Sequence record: ON529855.1
Length of the DNA stretch: 64,000 nucleotides
Strand: one strand, 5' to 3'
Shown here: positions 45,182 through 55,017 of the stretch, piece after piece
Position numbering within the stretch: the stretch's first letter is position 1
How the letters are laid out: every line of letters begins with the position of its first letter
Made by a program: the position numbers and the translations under genes
The notes under the pieces: model-generated
The model's input: the letters and a program-made list of their open reading frames with translations, nothing else
Told to the model about the DNA's origin: nothing
The model's database searches: none

Positions 45182-45187
45182 CGCGCC

Positions 45188-45925
45188 ATGATCCTGACCG
45201 ACCTCGCCCAGCATAACCAGAAGCGGCTGAAGAAGCACGACGTCATGTCGATCGCCCGCTCGGTGAAGAAGCACCTCTCGCGCCTGACGTCCATGGGCTA
45301 CACCGCCGGCGCCGTCTCGGAAGGCGAGCGCGGCATCGTCAAGGTGACCACGCCGCAGGGCCGGCGCTTCGAAATCGCCGTGCGCGAGATTTCCTGCGAC
45401 GAAGAGATCATGCAGGCCCAGGCCTACTGCGCCGCGCTCGACGGCCTCGACCCTAAGAACCTGCCCCCGGTCTCCGGCCCTGACCCCCTGGGCGACATCC
45501 AGACGCTCGCCGCCGAAGCGCGCGGTTGCCCGATCAAGACCTGGGTCTCCGAACCTCAACCTGCGGTGATCACCGGCAAGGCGTCGCGCGTCCTGGAGCG
45601 CCGAAGCAGCCTGGCTGGGCTCAACATCGACGGCGAGTACGTCTATCGCAACTACGCGGTCAACTATGACGGCCGGACCTGGGACGACCTGACGCCAAGC
45701 GAGCGCCTGTCGTGGGACGATCAGGCGGCGCTGCTCGTCGGCCGCCTCGCCCGGAAGAAGGCCTCGGAGCCCGTCGCGGCGGTCAAGACGCCCGAGCCGG
45801 TCACCGGCCGCGACCTCTACATGACGATGATCGACAACTCCGGCGTCCACTGCAACCGCTTCCCCGCCTGGAATGAACTGGACGAGGCTGCCCAGGCGGA
45901 CTGGAATCGAAAGGCGCAGAACTGA
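45188..45925 (+). CDS. hypothetical protein with repeated W-DL---E---W motif (245 aa)
   Basis: First gene of the plus-strand operon; start uncertain. Confidence 0.7.
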   Translation: MILTDLAQHNQKRLKKHDVMSIARSVKKHLSRLTSMGYTAGAVSEGERGIVKVTTPQGRRFEIAVREISCDEEIMQAQAYCAALDGLDPKNLPPVSGPDPLGDIQTLAAEARGCPIKTWVSEPQPAVITGKASRVLERRSSLAGLNIDGEYVYRNYAVNYDGRTWDDLTPSERLSWDDQAALLVGRLARKKASEPVAAVKTPEPVTGRDLYMTMIDNSGVHCNRFPAWNELDEAAQADWNRKAQN

Positions 45926-46725
45926 TGCACTGGGTCCTGCAAGAGAACATGTTCGGCGAACTCGCCTACGCTGAGTTCTGCCGCACGCTGGGCCGGCTCG
46001 GGCTGCCCTATTCGGTCCACCGGGTCGTCCCCTTCATCGGGACCTTCCTGGAAGAACCACAGATCGAAACGAACAACGCCATCTGCATGGGCTCCTACTC
46101 GATGCGCTACAAGGCCGCCGAGATGGGGTGGAACCCTGGCGTGTTCGATCTGGAGCCGTTCGACTTCCCCGTCCAGCACGCCCACTGGGGCGCCCACATG
46201 CTGAACGCGGCGTCTCGCGTCCTGCCGCTGCGCGAGGTCGACCTGGGCGAGGCGCGCGCCTTCATCCGCCCGAGCCGCGACACCAAGGCCTTCCCGGCGA
46301 AGGTCTATGACCCGTTCGAGTTCCGCGACTGGCAGGCCAAGGTCGAGAAGCTGGGCGACATGCCTCTGGCACTGCTGGACCGGAACACCCTGGTCCAGGT
46401 CAGTCCCGTGCGGGAAATCTATGAGGAATACCGCTTCTGGGTGATCCGGGGCGAGATCGTCTGCGCCTCGCTCTACAAGCGCGGCGATCGGGCGCTCCAT
46501 GACGCCGACGTGCCGCTGGCCTACCACGAGTACGTCCGCGCCATGATCGACATCTGGCAGCCGCAGGAGGCCTTCGTGATCGACGTGGCGAACGTGCCCG
46601 ACGACGGCGACGGCTGGCGCGGGATCAAGATCATCGAGATCAACTCGATCAACTCGGCGGGCTTCTATGCGGCGAACCTGCCGAAGCTGGCGATGGCGTT
46701 CGAAGACGCCTTCAACGAGGACTGA
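45925..46725 (+). CDS. ATP-grasp domain protein (DUF4343/R2K-like)
   Basis: FIRP---K-F, EYRFWV--G-IV--S-Y, FVID-A, IIEIN-IN-AGFY motifs. Confidence 0.85.
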   Translation: MHWVLQENMFGELAYAEFCRTLGRLGLPYSVHRVVPFIGTFLEEPQIETNNAICMGSYSMRYKAAEMGWNPGVFDLEPFDFPVQHAHWGAHMLNAASRVLPLREVDLGEARAFIRPSRDTKAFPAKVYDPFEFRDWQAKVEKLGDMPLALLDRNTLVQVSPVREIYEEYRFWVIRGEIVCASLYKRGDRALHDADVPLAYHEYVRAMIDIWQPQEAFVIDVANVPDDGDGWRGIKIIEINSINSAGFYAANLPKLAMAFEDAFNED

Positions 46726-46726
46726 C

Positions 46727-46879
46727 ATGGTCCCTTCCCTGCCCCCTCACCTACCGGCGCCGAAGCCACACTGTGCCTATGTGATCAACCATGATGGAGT
46801 TTGGTGGCTTCACTCAGGGTATGGGACGGCGCGCCCCTTGACGCCGGCCGAGATCGCGGCTGGTGGCCTGAAATGCTGA
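46727..46879 (+). CDS. hypothetical protein (50 aa)
   Basis: GAGGA RBS; fills the operon gap. Confidence 0.5.
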   Translation: MVPSLPPHLPAPKPHCAYVINHDGVWWLHSGYGTARPLTPAEIAAGGLKC

Positions 46880-47226
46880 AGCTGTTCCGGCGGCGGCTTA
46901 GGGCTCCGGCGCCGCCCGCCTTTCTACCACCGCTGCCGGTCGAGATCGTCGAGACCTACGACGGCTACCTGATCCGCAAGACGGGGACCGACCTCTACGC
47001 CTGGTTCGCCTCCTCGGACACGCCGCACTGGCGCCCTCGCGACTGGCGCAATCATGACCAGCCGTTCGGTTACGCCTACTCGCTCTACCGCACCAAAGAC
47101 CTCGAACTCGCCCGCACCGCCTGCGCCCAGGTCGAGACCTACATGGGACGGGAGGCGGAGCGCGCACACAGCGCGGCCGTGGAGGCCTTCGAGCGCGCCA
47201 ACTACGTCGAGCGGGTGATCGCCTGA
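46873..47226 (+). CDS. hypothetical protein (117 aa)
   Basis: Operon position. Confidence 0.65.
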   Translation: MLKLFRRRLRAPAPPAFLPPLPVEIVETYDGYLIRKTGTDLYAWFASSDTPHWRPRDWRNHDQPFGYAYSLYRTKDLELARTACAQVETYMGREAERAHSAAVEAFERANYVERVIA

Positions 47227-47480
47227 TGCCCACCACCGCCACCTACATCTGCCTCACCTGCCGGAAGGACTTCACGGCCCGCACCGCCGACCGGCTGCGC
47301 GGCTGGGCGCGGTTCTGCTGCAAGTCCTGCAAGGCCAAGCAGATGAAGCCAGGCATCCGAGGCCGCCGCATCACTCATGTCGTCGTCGATGACTACGCCC
47401 TGGGCGGCTCGGTCGCCAACGGCGCCTATCACGACTTCGACGACACCCACCCCTTCTCGGGCGACGCCCTGGAGCCGTAG
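47226..47480 (+). CDS. small zinc-finger protein (C--C...FC--SC)
   Basis: CLTCRKDF...RFCCKSCK. Confidence 0.7.
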   Translation: MPTTATYICLTCRKDFTARTADRLRGWARFCCKSCKAKQMKPGIRGRRITHVVVDDYALGGSVANGAYHDFDDTHPFSGDALEP

Positions 47481-47482
47481 CG

Positions 47483-47821
47483 ATGCAGATCAAGATGAAC
47501 GGCTTCACCCTCTCCAATCCGCTGGACCCGACGCCCCTGGGCGAAATCCCCGAGACCCTGACCTTCACCGGCGAACTGGTCATGACGGAGAAGCAGCGGG
47601 GACGCTTCGAGGCCTGGGCCGAGGAGATGCGATCGAAGGAACTGGCACGAATCAAGGCGCTGGCGGCCGCGTCGGGGCTCTCTGTGGTCTATGACACCAC
47701 CGCCTTCGAGATGGCGTGGTCGCCTCAGTATGACGCCGACGGCGCCGTGCTCGGCTGGTTCAGCAACACCACCGACGAATACCGCACCGGCCCCGACTAT
47801 CCTGGAGACGAACGCCCGTGA
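47483..47821 (+). CDS. hypothetical protein (112 aa)
   Basis: GGAG RBS; operon position. Confidence 0.65.
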   Translation: MQIKMNGFTLSNPLDPTPLGEIPETLTFTGELVMTEKQRGRFEAWAEEMRSKELARIKALAAASGLSVVYDTTAFEMAWSPQYDADGAVLGWFSNTTDEYRTGPDYPGDERP

Positions 47822-48114
47822 CCCGACGCAAGCGCTTCGACGCCCTGGAGCACGGCGATCTCTTCTGGCTGGACCTGGACAAAAGCGTCGTCGCGCGGGC
47901 GTATGGCGTCACCGCGTTGACCGCGCCTGACTGGGTTCAGGTTCATTACGTCCTGCCCGGCGACCCGGTCCCCTATCGACGCACGGTCCTGGCGGCGCAC
48001 CAGGTCTTCATCCTGTCGAAACCACCGAAGGGCGAAATCAAGGAACTGAAGGCGTTGAATGGGCTACACGGGACCGCCCTGCCCGACGACACCGCCCTGG
48101 TGTTCGGCCAGTAA
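47818..48114 (+). CDS. hypothetical protein (98 aa)
   Basis: GTGA overlap; GGAGA RBS. Confidence 0.6.
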   Translation: MTRRKRFDALEHGDLFWLDLDKSVVARAYGVTALTAPDWVQVHYVLPGDPVPYRRTVLAAHQVFILSKPPKGEIKELKALNGLHGTALPDDTALVFGQ

Positions 48115-48133
48115 GACCACCGCCAAGGCGACT

Positions 48134-48188
48134 TCACTCCTGCGCTTCGCGCCGTCGTGCCCGGCTCCGCCGGACGCACCTCCGGTCG
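48134..48188. repeat. Dispersed GNA-mini-hairpin repeat, copy 4, with adjacent CTCGA-ACGCAGG-TCGAG repeats
   Basis: Sits between convergent operons; CTCGAACGCAGGTCGAG also at about 41265, 48260, 48338. Confidence 0.8.
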
Positions 48189-48364
48189 TCACGTAGGAGA
48201 TTAGGGCAAGCAGGAGGGTCGGCGCGTAGGTCGAGCCGGCTTCGCGATCAGGCTTGGCACTCGAACGCAGGTCGAGCCGCACGCCCTATTCGACCACCGC
48301 CGTCCTCGGTCCCAGGACACAGGACACCAGGCCCGGCACTCGAACGCAGGTCGAGCGGCACAGC

Positions 48365-48640
48365 CTATTCGGCAGCCTCGATCGGATCACCTTCTCCGTT
48401 CAGGCCCGGCACGACCGTAACGACCTCGCGGCCGGACCGTCCGCACGTCTCCAGCAGCGTCTCCTCCAATCGACCGGCCCGGTTCCTGAACCGCCACACG
48501 ATGTCGACCTGGCGGATGAAGGGCTGGTTGTTCAGGATGCGGTCAGCGCGTGCGCGGGCCGAGTCCATGTCGAACGCCTCCGACAGCGGCTCCAGCCGCT
48601 TGACGAAATGCTGCTCGTGATGACGACGGGTTCCGATCAT
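48365..48640 (-). CDS. hypothetical protein (91 aa)
   Basis: ATGA overlap. Confidence 0.55.
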   Translation of the reverse strand: MIGTRRHHEQHFVKRLEPLSEAFDMDSARARADRILNNQPFIRQVDIVWRFRNRAGRLEETLLETCGRSGREVVTVVPGLNGEGDPIEAAE

Positions 48641-48825
48641 CGGCCCATCGCCCAGACGGCAAGCAGGAAGGTGGCGGTGGCGAGGTTGAGCGGATTGAAG
48701 TCGAACGGACCGACTCCAAACCCCATCAGATAGCCGCCGATGACCAACACGGCGACACCGACGTCGACGCCGTAGCGGATGATGCGATCGACATCCAACT
48801 TCATGTTGTTCTCCCTGGTGATCAT
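48637..48825 (-). CDS. small two-TM membrane protein (62 aa)
   Basis: Two hydrophobic segments. Confidence 0.6.
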   Translation of the reverse strand: MITRENNMKLDVDRIIRYGVDVGVAVLVIGGYLMGFGVGPFDFNPLNLATATFLLAVWAMGR

Positions 48826-49562
48826 TCGACGATCAGGCCGTGCTTCAAGGCTTCCTCGCGCGTCAGGTTCTGCTTCTCATCCAGGACCAACACCGGTTCG
48901 GCTTTCGCCGCGATCGGATACCGGCACTGAATCGAGATGCGGTGTCCGTGGTTGTAGGCCCAGAAGTGACCGCGCCCATACTGGGCGTCCAGCGCCGCTT
49001 GCAGGTCCGTGCGGATGTCGTTGATGTGGCGGCCGTCGCGGGGCGTGTCGTTACAGATCAACCACTGCATCGGCGCCAGTGTCGCGGCGTCCAGGAGCAT
49101 GCGATCGAAGTCAGCGAACTGCGACGGCTTCTTGTCCCAGTTCGGCCGGCGATCCGGCGGCCGATTGTCGGTCATGTTCCAAGGCCGCTCGGGCGCCTTG
49201 AACGGCACGGCCTCGATCCAGTAGGTCTGGAGCGACGTGCTCCAACGTAGGCGCTGCTCCAACCCGGACGCATCTTCCAGCGCCTTCAGCCGCTCCAGGG
49301 CGGTGGCGCGGGCGAGGTCGCGTGCGTCGCTCCCCGCCCGGACGGCTTCGGAGGCGAAGTCGGCGCACGCATACACGTCGGGGCCGGGGGTCAGAATGGG
49401 CTCGACGATGTAGGCCTCCTGGTCAGGGTCCCAACGCCGGCGAAACTGAGCGACGCCCGTCCGCTCCAGAGCCTTGATGCGATCGGCGGCCGCCATCGCG
49501 GCCTGCGCCTGACCATCGTCGGCGCCCTTCTGAGGGTAGTCGGCTGCGCGGTAGATGGGCAT
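48822..49562 (-). CDS. hypothetical protein with internal duplication (246 aa)
   Basis: R-KALE---.-----RW------Y--E-- occurs twice; promoter at 49593. Confidence 0.75.
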   Translation of the reverse strand: MPIYRAADYPQKGADDGQAQAAMAAADRIKALERTGVAQFRRRWDPDQEAYIVEPILTPGPDVYACADFASEAVRAGSDARDLARATALERLKALEDASGLEQRLRWSTSLQTYWIEAVPFKAPERPWNMTDNRPPDRRPNWDKKPSQFADFDRMLLDAATLAPMQWLICNDTPRDGRHINDIRTDLQAALDAQYGRGHFWAYNHGHRISIQCRYPIAAKAEPVLVLDEKQNLTREEALKHGLIVE

Positions 49563-49592
49563 CGGGGCGTCTCCTCTTCAGTTGAGGCGACC

Positions 49593-49619
49593 TGTAAAGG
49601 AATGTTTTGAGGCCGTCAA
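49593..49619 (-). promoter_or_regulatory. Class-2 phage promoter TTGAC-N10-CATTCCTTTACA
   Basis: Same 27-bp geometry at five sites. Confidence 0.75.
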
Positions 49620-49623
49620 GCCG

Positions 49624-49839
49624 TCAATCGGTGGTCTCGGCCGGGACGAAACAGACCCAGGCGAACGCCATGCTGAGCAAGGCGCACGGCATCAGGGCGA
49701 GCCCCGCCGGCCCACACGTCACGGTGAGGAAGACGCTCGTCAGCGACACGAGGACGGCGATAACCACGAAAGCGGTGCAGGGAACGTTCGCCACCGCACT
49801 GAGGGGTCGGCGCTCGCCCTTATAGTCACGGGTGTCCAT
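49624..49839 (-). CDS. small Cys-rich two-TM membrane protein (71 aa)
   Basis: GGAGGG RBS; hydrophobic. Confidence 0.6.
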   Translation of the reverse strand: MDTRDYKGERRPLSAVANVPCTAFVVIAVLVSLTSVFLTVTCGPAGLALMPCALLSMAFAWVCFVPAETTD

Positions 49840-49847
49840 TGGCCCTC

Positions 49848-49940
49848 CTAGTTGATCGACAGGATTTCCCTGATCAGCATGAAGAGGATGATCAGGTAGA
49901 TGATGATGACGACGCCCAGGGTTACGTAGAGGCCGGACAT
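49848..49940 (-). CDS. small membrane peptide (30 aa)
   Basis: MSGLYVTLGVVIIIYLIILFMLIREILSIN; AAGGA RBS. Confidence 0.5.
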   Translation of the reverse strand: MSGLYVTLGVVIIIYLIILFMLIREILSIN

Positions 49941-50051
49941 GGTCTGTCCTTCTTGTCCGAAGCGGCCATCAGCCGCTTGAAGAAGTCGTCCGGCGCCGGA
50001 CGCAGCGCCGGCGTGAGATAGTAGGGATCGCCGTCGCGGGTCCAGTAGGGT

Positions 50052-50351
50052 TCAGTCGGCATCGGCGACCGCCAGTCGTTTGTCGCGGGCGTCCATCGTC
50101 GCCAGCATCATGGACAGGCTGCCGATGCACGCAAACGCCCTGGGGTAGCTGTTCGGCTCCGCCTCGGCGTCCCGGCAAACCGCCTTCACGCCCGCCGCCA
50201 TGTCCTTGACCGCCAGCGTGCGCTCGGCGGCCAACCGCTCGTTGGCGCGCTCCCGCATGATCTGATGCGTCACGAGGAAGGTGATGGAGATCGCAAGCAT
50301 CATGGCGATCCCGAATAGCGCCCACAGGGCGGCCTTGTCATTCTTCGTCAC
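50052..50351 (-). CDS. membrane-anchored hypothetical protein (99 aa)
   Basis: N-terminal TM; GAGGAG RBS. Confidence 0.65.
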   Translation of the reverse strand: MTKNDKAALWALFGIAMMLAISITFLVTHQIMRERANERLAAERTLAVKDMAAGVKAVCRDAEAEPNSYPRAFACIGSLSMMLATMDARDKRLAVADAD

Positions 50352-50646
50352 TGGCGCGGAACTCCTCTTTCAAGCTGTAGAGGCGCAGCACGCGGGAGCG
50401 CCCCAGACTGTCGCAGGCGTGGAACCGCCCGATCTCGAAACGCTCGTCCCGGCCGAGCCAGGAGGCCGCGACCTGGGCGCGGTTCATCGGGTGCGGGTTC
50501 ATGCCCTTCCACAGCTTGGGTTCTGGCACGGCGTCGCAGAAGGCCGAGTTCATCCATCCGTCCATGATACAGACGCTCCAGACGACACCGCCGCCTTCGC
50601 GGCGCATCAGGGCGACCATGGCGTCGCCTACCGGATTGGTCTTCAT
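50338..50646 (-). CDS. hypothetical protein (102 aa)
   Basis: ATGA overlap. Confidence 0.6.
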   Translation of the reverse strand: MKTNPVGDAMVALMRREGGGVVWSVCIMDGWMNSAFCDAVPEPKLWKGMNPHPMNRAQVAASWLGRDERFEIGRFHACDSLGRSRVLRLYSLKEEFRASDEE

Positions 50647-50927
50647 GCCGACACCTGCGCGCGGTTCTTGCCGATGTGGTAGCCATCGCAGAACGCGCAC
50701 TTGTAGGGGCGAAACTCGCCGCCGTGCTTACGCTGCATGGAATCGGCAGCCTTCTGGGCGCTCTCGGGCGAGCCGTACATCACCTTGGGCTTGCCCGAGC
50801 CCTGGGCGATGTGGGAGTGGCGGCTGAACAGCCCCCAGGCGTTGCCGGTGATGAAGAAGTTGCGCAGCATCCGTTTGAGCGGCAACTGGCTTTTCAGCGC
50901 CAGGTAGAGGTTGCGCGGACGGATCAT
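50643..50927 (-). CDS. small zinc-ribbon protein (Y-C--C-G-HIG)
   Basis: K--Y-S---A...YKCAFCDGYHIG. Confidence 0.7.
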   Translation of the reverse strand: MIRPRNLYLALKSQLPLKRMLRNFFITGNAWGLFSRHSHIAQGSGKPKVMYGSPESAQKAADSMQRKHGGEFRPYKCAFCDGYHIGKNRAQVSA

Positions 50928-51298
50928 GCCGTGATCCCCATGCGGCGCATCAGGCCGCTGATGTAACGGGCTCCGAAGGCGTGGTAGCTGAAGAAGAGCG
51001 ACGGGTGCCCGAAGCAGTCGTCGTTGCGCCCGACCTCGTTGCGGGCCGCCCGCTCACGCGCGTCGCTCGGCATGATGCAGCCGTTGGCGGCCGTGTGCAG
51101 GGCGCCGACGCAGTAGGCGGTCTCGGGGTTCTCCGGGCCGTGGTCGCGCAGGTGGCAGGACGGCACCTGGTTCTCCTGCACCACGTCGGCATACCATTGC
51201 GCCTCGTGCCCGCCCAGGTAGCCCTGGAGGGCGTCCTTGCGCCACGGGCACTCGTTGCAGGGGGTCTTGTGAATCAGGCGGCGGTTGTCGGTGGTCAC
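50924..51298 (-). CDS. DUF6283-like Cys-rich protein (PC--CPWR)
   Basis: TPCNECPWRKD...SCH...YCVGAL. Confidence 0.7.
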   Translation of the reverse strand: MTTDNRRLIHKTPCNECPWRKDALQGYLGGHEAQWYADVVQENQVPSCHLRDHGPENPETAYCVGALHTAANGCIMPSDARERAARNEVGRNDDCFGHPSLFFSYHAFGARYISGLMRRMGITA

Positions 51299-51582
51299 GA
51301 AAGTTCCCCCAGGCGGCGATCGGTAAGCTGACCCCAGACGTAGCGGCGCATCATGACCGCGCCGGCGCAGCGCTCTTGCGGGTCACCCGTCTCGACTTTA
51401 CGGGGCGGCTCGGTGCAGACCATCTGCTCCGCGTTCAGCAGGTCGGCGTGCACGGCCAGGCGCTCGGCCTGCACGTCGTCCGTGTCCTGGGTGCTGACGC
51501 CTACGGCGATGCCGACCACGAAGATGAAGACGGCCGCGATAAACATCACCACCGTCACCATCGGATTGACACGCTCGCCCAT
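51295..51582 (-). CDS. membrane-anchored hypothetical protein (95 aa)
   Basis: N-terminal TM; TGATG coupling. Confidence 0.65.
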   Translation of the reverse strand: MGERVNPMVTVVMFIAAVFIFVVGIAVGVSTQDTDDVQAERLAVHADLLNAEQMVCTEPPRKVETGDPQERCAGAVMMRRYVWGQLTDRRLGELS

Positions 51583-52184
51583 CAGATCGTCTCCAGCTTC
51601 TTGCCCGTCAGGGCTTCCAAGGCGGCGGCTGCCGCCCGGTAGTTCTCCAGCCGGAACACCGACGTGGCGGGGCCGCCGACGAAGCCGTGGTCGGTCCAGA
51701 TTTCGTGGCTGCCGTCTTCGGCCGCATCGTAGCTGCGCACGACGGCCGCGAACGGGGCCAGCGCCGCGATGGCCTGCTCGACCGTTTCCACCGAAGGGGT
51801 GGGCGGGGCCACATAGGGGCGGATGTAGGAGATGATGCACTGCCAGGCGACGTCGGGGAAATCGCAGGCGCGGCCGCGCAACACCGCCCCCGTCACCAGC
51901 CAAGCCTCAACCACCGCCTCGCCGACGGGATTGACGTCTCCGGTGAACTTCAACCAGCCGTCCCGGCGGGGCCGGCCGATGAAGGTGTAGTGGGTCAACG
52001 GTCCCGCCATCCCACCGATGCCGATGGCGCCGCCCTTCGAGGCGCTGGGGTCCCGCTCAAGGGTTCGGATCGCACCGAAGCACGGACGGCCGCGATGCGT
52101 CGCCCACACAAAATCGCCCACCTGGATATGGGCCGAGTTCTGGATCGTCAGGCGCTCGCCGAGCGCGGGCAAGGTGGTGGTCAT
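51582..52184 (-). CDS. hypothetical protein (200 aa)
   Basis: ATGA overlap. Confidence 0.7.
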   Translation of the reverse strand: MTTTLPALGERLTIQNSAHIQVGDFVWATHRGRPCFGAIRTLERDPSASKGGAIGIGGMAGPLTHYTFIGRPRRDGWLKFTGDVNPVGEAVVEAWLVTGAVLRGRACDFPDVAWQCIISYIRPYVAPPTPSVETVEQAIAALAPFAAVVRSYDAAEDGSHEIWTDHGFVGGPATSVFRLENYRAAAAALEALTGKKLETI

Positions 52185-52420
52185 CGGGCAGGCCCCCTGT
52201 TGGTCACGCGTTGGCGGATTTTGGTCAGGCACTCTTCCATCTGGCGGGCGTCGTCCTCCTGCTGATGGCGGCGACCGGCGTCGTAGGCGCGCTGCACCAT
52301 GGCGCCCAGGAAATCGACATCGATCTCGGTGACGGTCTTCGGGATTTCCCCCGCGAGGACTTCCGCGCCGGCCGCATTGACGTAGGTCACGCGGGCCTTG
52401 TCTATGGCCGCGTCAGCCAA
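52181..52420 (-). CDS. hypothetical protein (79 aa)
   Basis: Operon position. Confidence 0.6.
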   Translation of the reverse strand: MADAAIDKARVTYVNAAGAEVLAGEIPKTVTEIDVDFLGAMVQRAYDAGRRHQQEDDARQMEECLTKIRQRVTNRGPAR

Positions 52421-52763
52421 TGGACAGGCCCACGGCGGCGGCCATGCGGTCGCTGATCTCGCGCAGCGTGGTGGTCTCGCCGGCGATGAAGGTGTTGCGC
52501 TCGGCGACCCATTCCCGGACCAGAGCCTCCAGGTCCGGCGCGTTGTGCGGCCGGATCACGAAGGGCTCGTCGCAGGGGTCCTCGAAAATCGAGTCCTTGG
52601 CCTTGGCGTACCACTGGTAGAGGTTGGTCCCGTCGTAGCGGAACAGGCGGGGATCGCGGACGCCGACCTTCGGCATCTGGTTGTAGGCGAAGGATTCCAT
52701 GTCGGGGACGTGGGTCCGGTCCGCCGCCGCCGGGAAATCATACGTCAGGTGCGTGTCGCTCAT
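52413..52763 (-). CDS. hypothetical protein (116 aa)
   Basis: AAGGAGG RBS; promoter at 52790. Confidence 0.75.
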   Translation of the reverse strand: MSDTHLTYDFPAAADRTHVPDMESFAYNQMPKVGVRDPRLFRYDGTNLYQWYAKAKDSIFEDPCDEPFVIRPHNAPDLEALVREWVAERNTFIAGETTTLREISDRMAAAVGLSIG

Positions 52764-52789
52764 GCGGTCCTCCTTCGTGGTCAGGGGTG

Positions 52790-52816
52790 TGTAAAGGAAT
52801 GATTTGCGGCTGTCAA
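52790..52816 (-). promoter_or_regulatory. Class-2 phage promoter
   Basis: TTGACAGCCGCAAATCATTCCTTTACA. Confidence 0.75.
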
Positions 52817-54402
52817 CTCTTTGCGGCTGCCTGATCGTGCTTCATAAGCGACTCGACGAAGTCTGCCCACAGCCCCTCGTTGACGATGTAGTCGTCACGC
52901 CGCCGCAGCAGGTCCGACCACTCGGCCTGCGACCGCCACGGGTTCTCTTCATCTTCCGGCTTGACCTTCAGTTCGTCCAGCACGACGCGGGCATGGGCGT
53001 GCGCCTGGCGGGCTCCGGCTTCGGCCTGTTTCCAGGCGTTGGTGTCCAGATGGCGTTGGCCGGGGTCGTAGAAGGCCAGGACGAAGTTGAGCGCGCCCCA
53101 GCACTTCTCCAGCGCCTCGCTCGCGGCCTTGTAGGCGTCCGACCGAACGACGCGCCCTGCCTCCAGAATCTCTTCGACCACAGCCTCGAATTCCCGCTGG
53201 GCGATGGGGTCTTCGGGCGTCCGGTATCCCGCACGGTCCTCCATCCCCATGGCCTTCCACCACCCGTAGCGGCGCCCGATGCGATACAGGGCTTCGGCGG
53301 CGACCTCGACAGCCGGCACGTCTTCCGTCAGCGCCAGAGCCGCCTCGGTCTCCAGTTCCTGCGCCGACGCGTCCAGGGCGGCGTTGTAGTCCGCCGCGCC
53401 GCGTTTCAGGTAGTCCATCCAGTCGGTTTCGATGCTACGCTCGAAGTAGGCGGGATCATCCGCCGGCAGGGCGGCGTTCGTGCGCCAGCCGGCCCGGAAC
53501 GCCGCGAACTGGTCAGACGCCGCTTGCAGGCCGATCATCGTCCACAGGTCGTCCGCCAGCAGGCGGATGCCGCCCAAGGGCGCCGACTTGTGCGGATGGT
53601 CGAACAGGCTGCCCGCGATCAGATCAAACAGGTGGTCGGCGGACCGCAGGCCTTCCTTCGGACCCGCCGTCGCCTGCGCCAGGATGTCGCCGATCCAGGC
53701 GTTCATCTTCTTGCCGCTGGCGAGCGCCGCCGCCTGGGTCGGATCGACGGCGTTGCGCAGCAGCGGCCACAGGGCGTTCGCCACGTCGTCCGCCATCAGG
53801 TCGTAGTCGCCGGCGCGGCGGTGCGTGATCAGGTCCTTGACCGAGGCCTTCAGCGCCGCCTCATCCTTGAACGCCGGGGTATGCGGCGTCGCCTTCAAAG
53901 CCTCGGACGCCATGTCGCAGGCGCGCTCGGCGGCGGCCCGAAACGCCTCGTCGCCGCTATTGCAGCGGCCGACCCACAGCTTGTCCTGGCACTCCCTCAG
54001 AGCGGCGCACAGGCGCTCGACGTTGAGCGGATCGGACAGCGCTCGCGCCCACTTCCGAAACTCTACCGCTGTTTTTCGGCACTGCGCTGCGACCGCGCGG
54101 CTGTTGTCCGCCCGCTTGGCCTTGAAGGGGTCGGGGTTCTGCGCCCAGTCCGCCGCATCCTCGTCGTAGCGCACGGCGGCGTCGTCATTCGATTCGGCCT
54201 GACGCAAGCAATAGTCGTGCAGGGCGGCGACGCTGGGATCGGGCGTGAGTTCGGCCGCGACAGCGTCGGCCTGGGCTTGCGCGGGCTCGCCATAGATGGC
54301 GAACCCCTCGCCGGGCTCCCAGTGGACAGGGTAGTCGGCTCCCCACCAGGTGACTTCACGGTCGTTGCGGACCCAGCCGAGCGGCGTGCGGGTGTCGGTC
54401 AT
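52813..54402 (-). CDS. large mosaic helical hypothetical protein (529 aa)
   Basis: AAGGAG RBS; no recognisable catalytic motif. Confidence 0.8.
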   Translation of the reverse strand: MTDTRTPLGWVRNDREVTWWGADYPVHWEPGEGFAIYGEPAQAQADAVAAELTPDPSVAALHDYCLRQAESNDDAAVRYDEDAADWAQNPDPFKAKRADNSRAVAAQCRKTAVEFRKWARALSDPLNVERLCAALRECQDKLWVGRCNSGDEAFRAAAERACDMASEALKATPHTPAFKDEAALKASVKDLITHRRAGDYDLMADDVANALWPLLRNAVDPTQAAALASGKKMNAWIGDILAQATAGPKEGLRSADHLFDLIAGSLFDHPHKSAPLGGIRLLADDLWTMIGLQAASDQFAAFRAGWRTNAALPADDPAYFERSIETDWMDYLKRGAADYNAALDASAQELETEAALALTEDVPAVEVAAEALYRIGRRYGWWKAMGMEDRAGYRTPEDPIAQREFEAVVEEILEAGRVVRSDAYKAASEALEKCWGALNFVLAFYDPGQRHLDTNAWKQAEAGARQAHAHARVVLDELKVKPEDEENPWRSQAEWSDLLRRRDDYIVNEGLWADFVESLMKHDQAAAKS

Positions 54403-54413
54403 CAGGGGCTCCT

Positions 54414-54962
54414 TCAGATCATGTCCATGGCGCGCAGGCGCGCGGCGGCGCCGTAGACCCGGACGGTCTCACGGGTGATTCGGGGGTCGCTCAGGCTGCT
54501 GGTCACCAGAGGCGCATGGCATTCGTCGGTCGGTTCGAACACGCCCAGCGACATGGCGCGACCGGTGTAGATTTGCTGGTAGGACAGGGGGAACGGGTAG
54601 GGGTAGTGCCCTTCCGGCCTGTCGCCGGCGCAGAACATGCGCAGATAGCCGAGGGGCTCGGGGTCGCGCACGTCATCGACGCCGGTCTCCTCACGCAGTT
54701 CGCGCAGCGCGGCGTCCAGCATCCCTTCGCCGGCCTCGATATGACCGCCAGCCATCTCGATCCCGCGCCGGGTGTTATGCGCCAGGACCACCGCCCAGGT
54801 GTCCAGATAGGGGACCATGAAGGCGGTGCGGGTCAGGTCTTCAGGGGCCTCGTCGTCCGACAGGATCAGATCAACCCGGTTCGGGCGCGGCAACCAGTCG
54901 ACGTCAAACTCGGTGCGTGCGATCACGGCGCCCGGCGGCAAGATGTATTGGGTGGTGGACAC
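54414..54962 (-). CDS. NUDIX hydrolase
   Basis: Nudix box GGHIEAGEGMLDAALRELREETG. Confidence 0.9.
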   Translation of the reverse strand: MSTTQYILPPGAVIARTEFDVDWLPRPNRVDLILSDDEAPEDLTRTAFMVPYLDTWAVVLAHNTRRGIEMAGGHIEAGEGMLDAALRELREETGVDDVRDPEPLGYLRMFCAGDRPEGHYPYPFPLSYQQIYTGRAMSLGVFEPTDECHAPLVTSSLSDPRITRETVRVYGAAARLRAMDMI

Positions 54963-54990
54963 AGGCGCTCCTTCAACGGTTCTCCCGCCG

Positions 54991-55017
54991 TGTAAAGGAA
55001 CGGTGTGAGGGATACAA
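54991..55017 (-). promoter_or_regulatory. Class-2 phage promoter (TTGTA variant)
   Basis: TTGTATCCCTCACACCGTTCCTTTACA. Confidence 0.65.

Noticed and set aside
52804-54456. 550-aa plus-strand ORF, and similar shadows such as 12555-13601, 7633-8565, 39120-40103, 44046-45155, 62525-63460
   Set aside because: Each mirrors a minus-strand gene that has the promoter, RBS and operon context.
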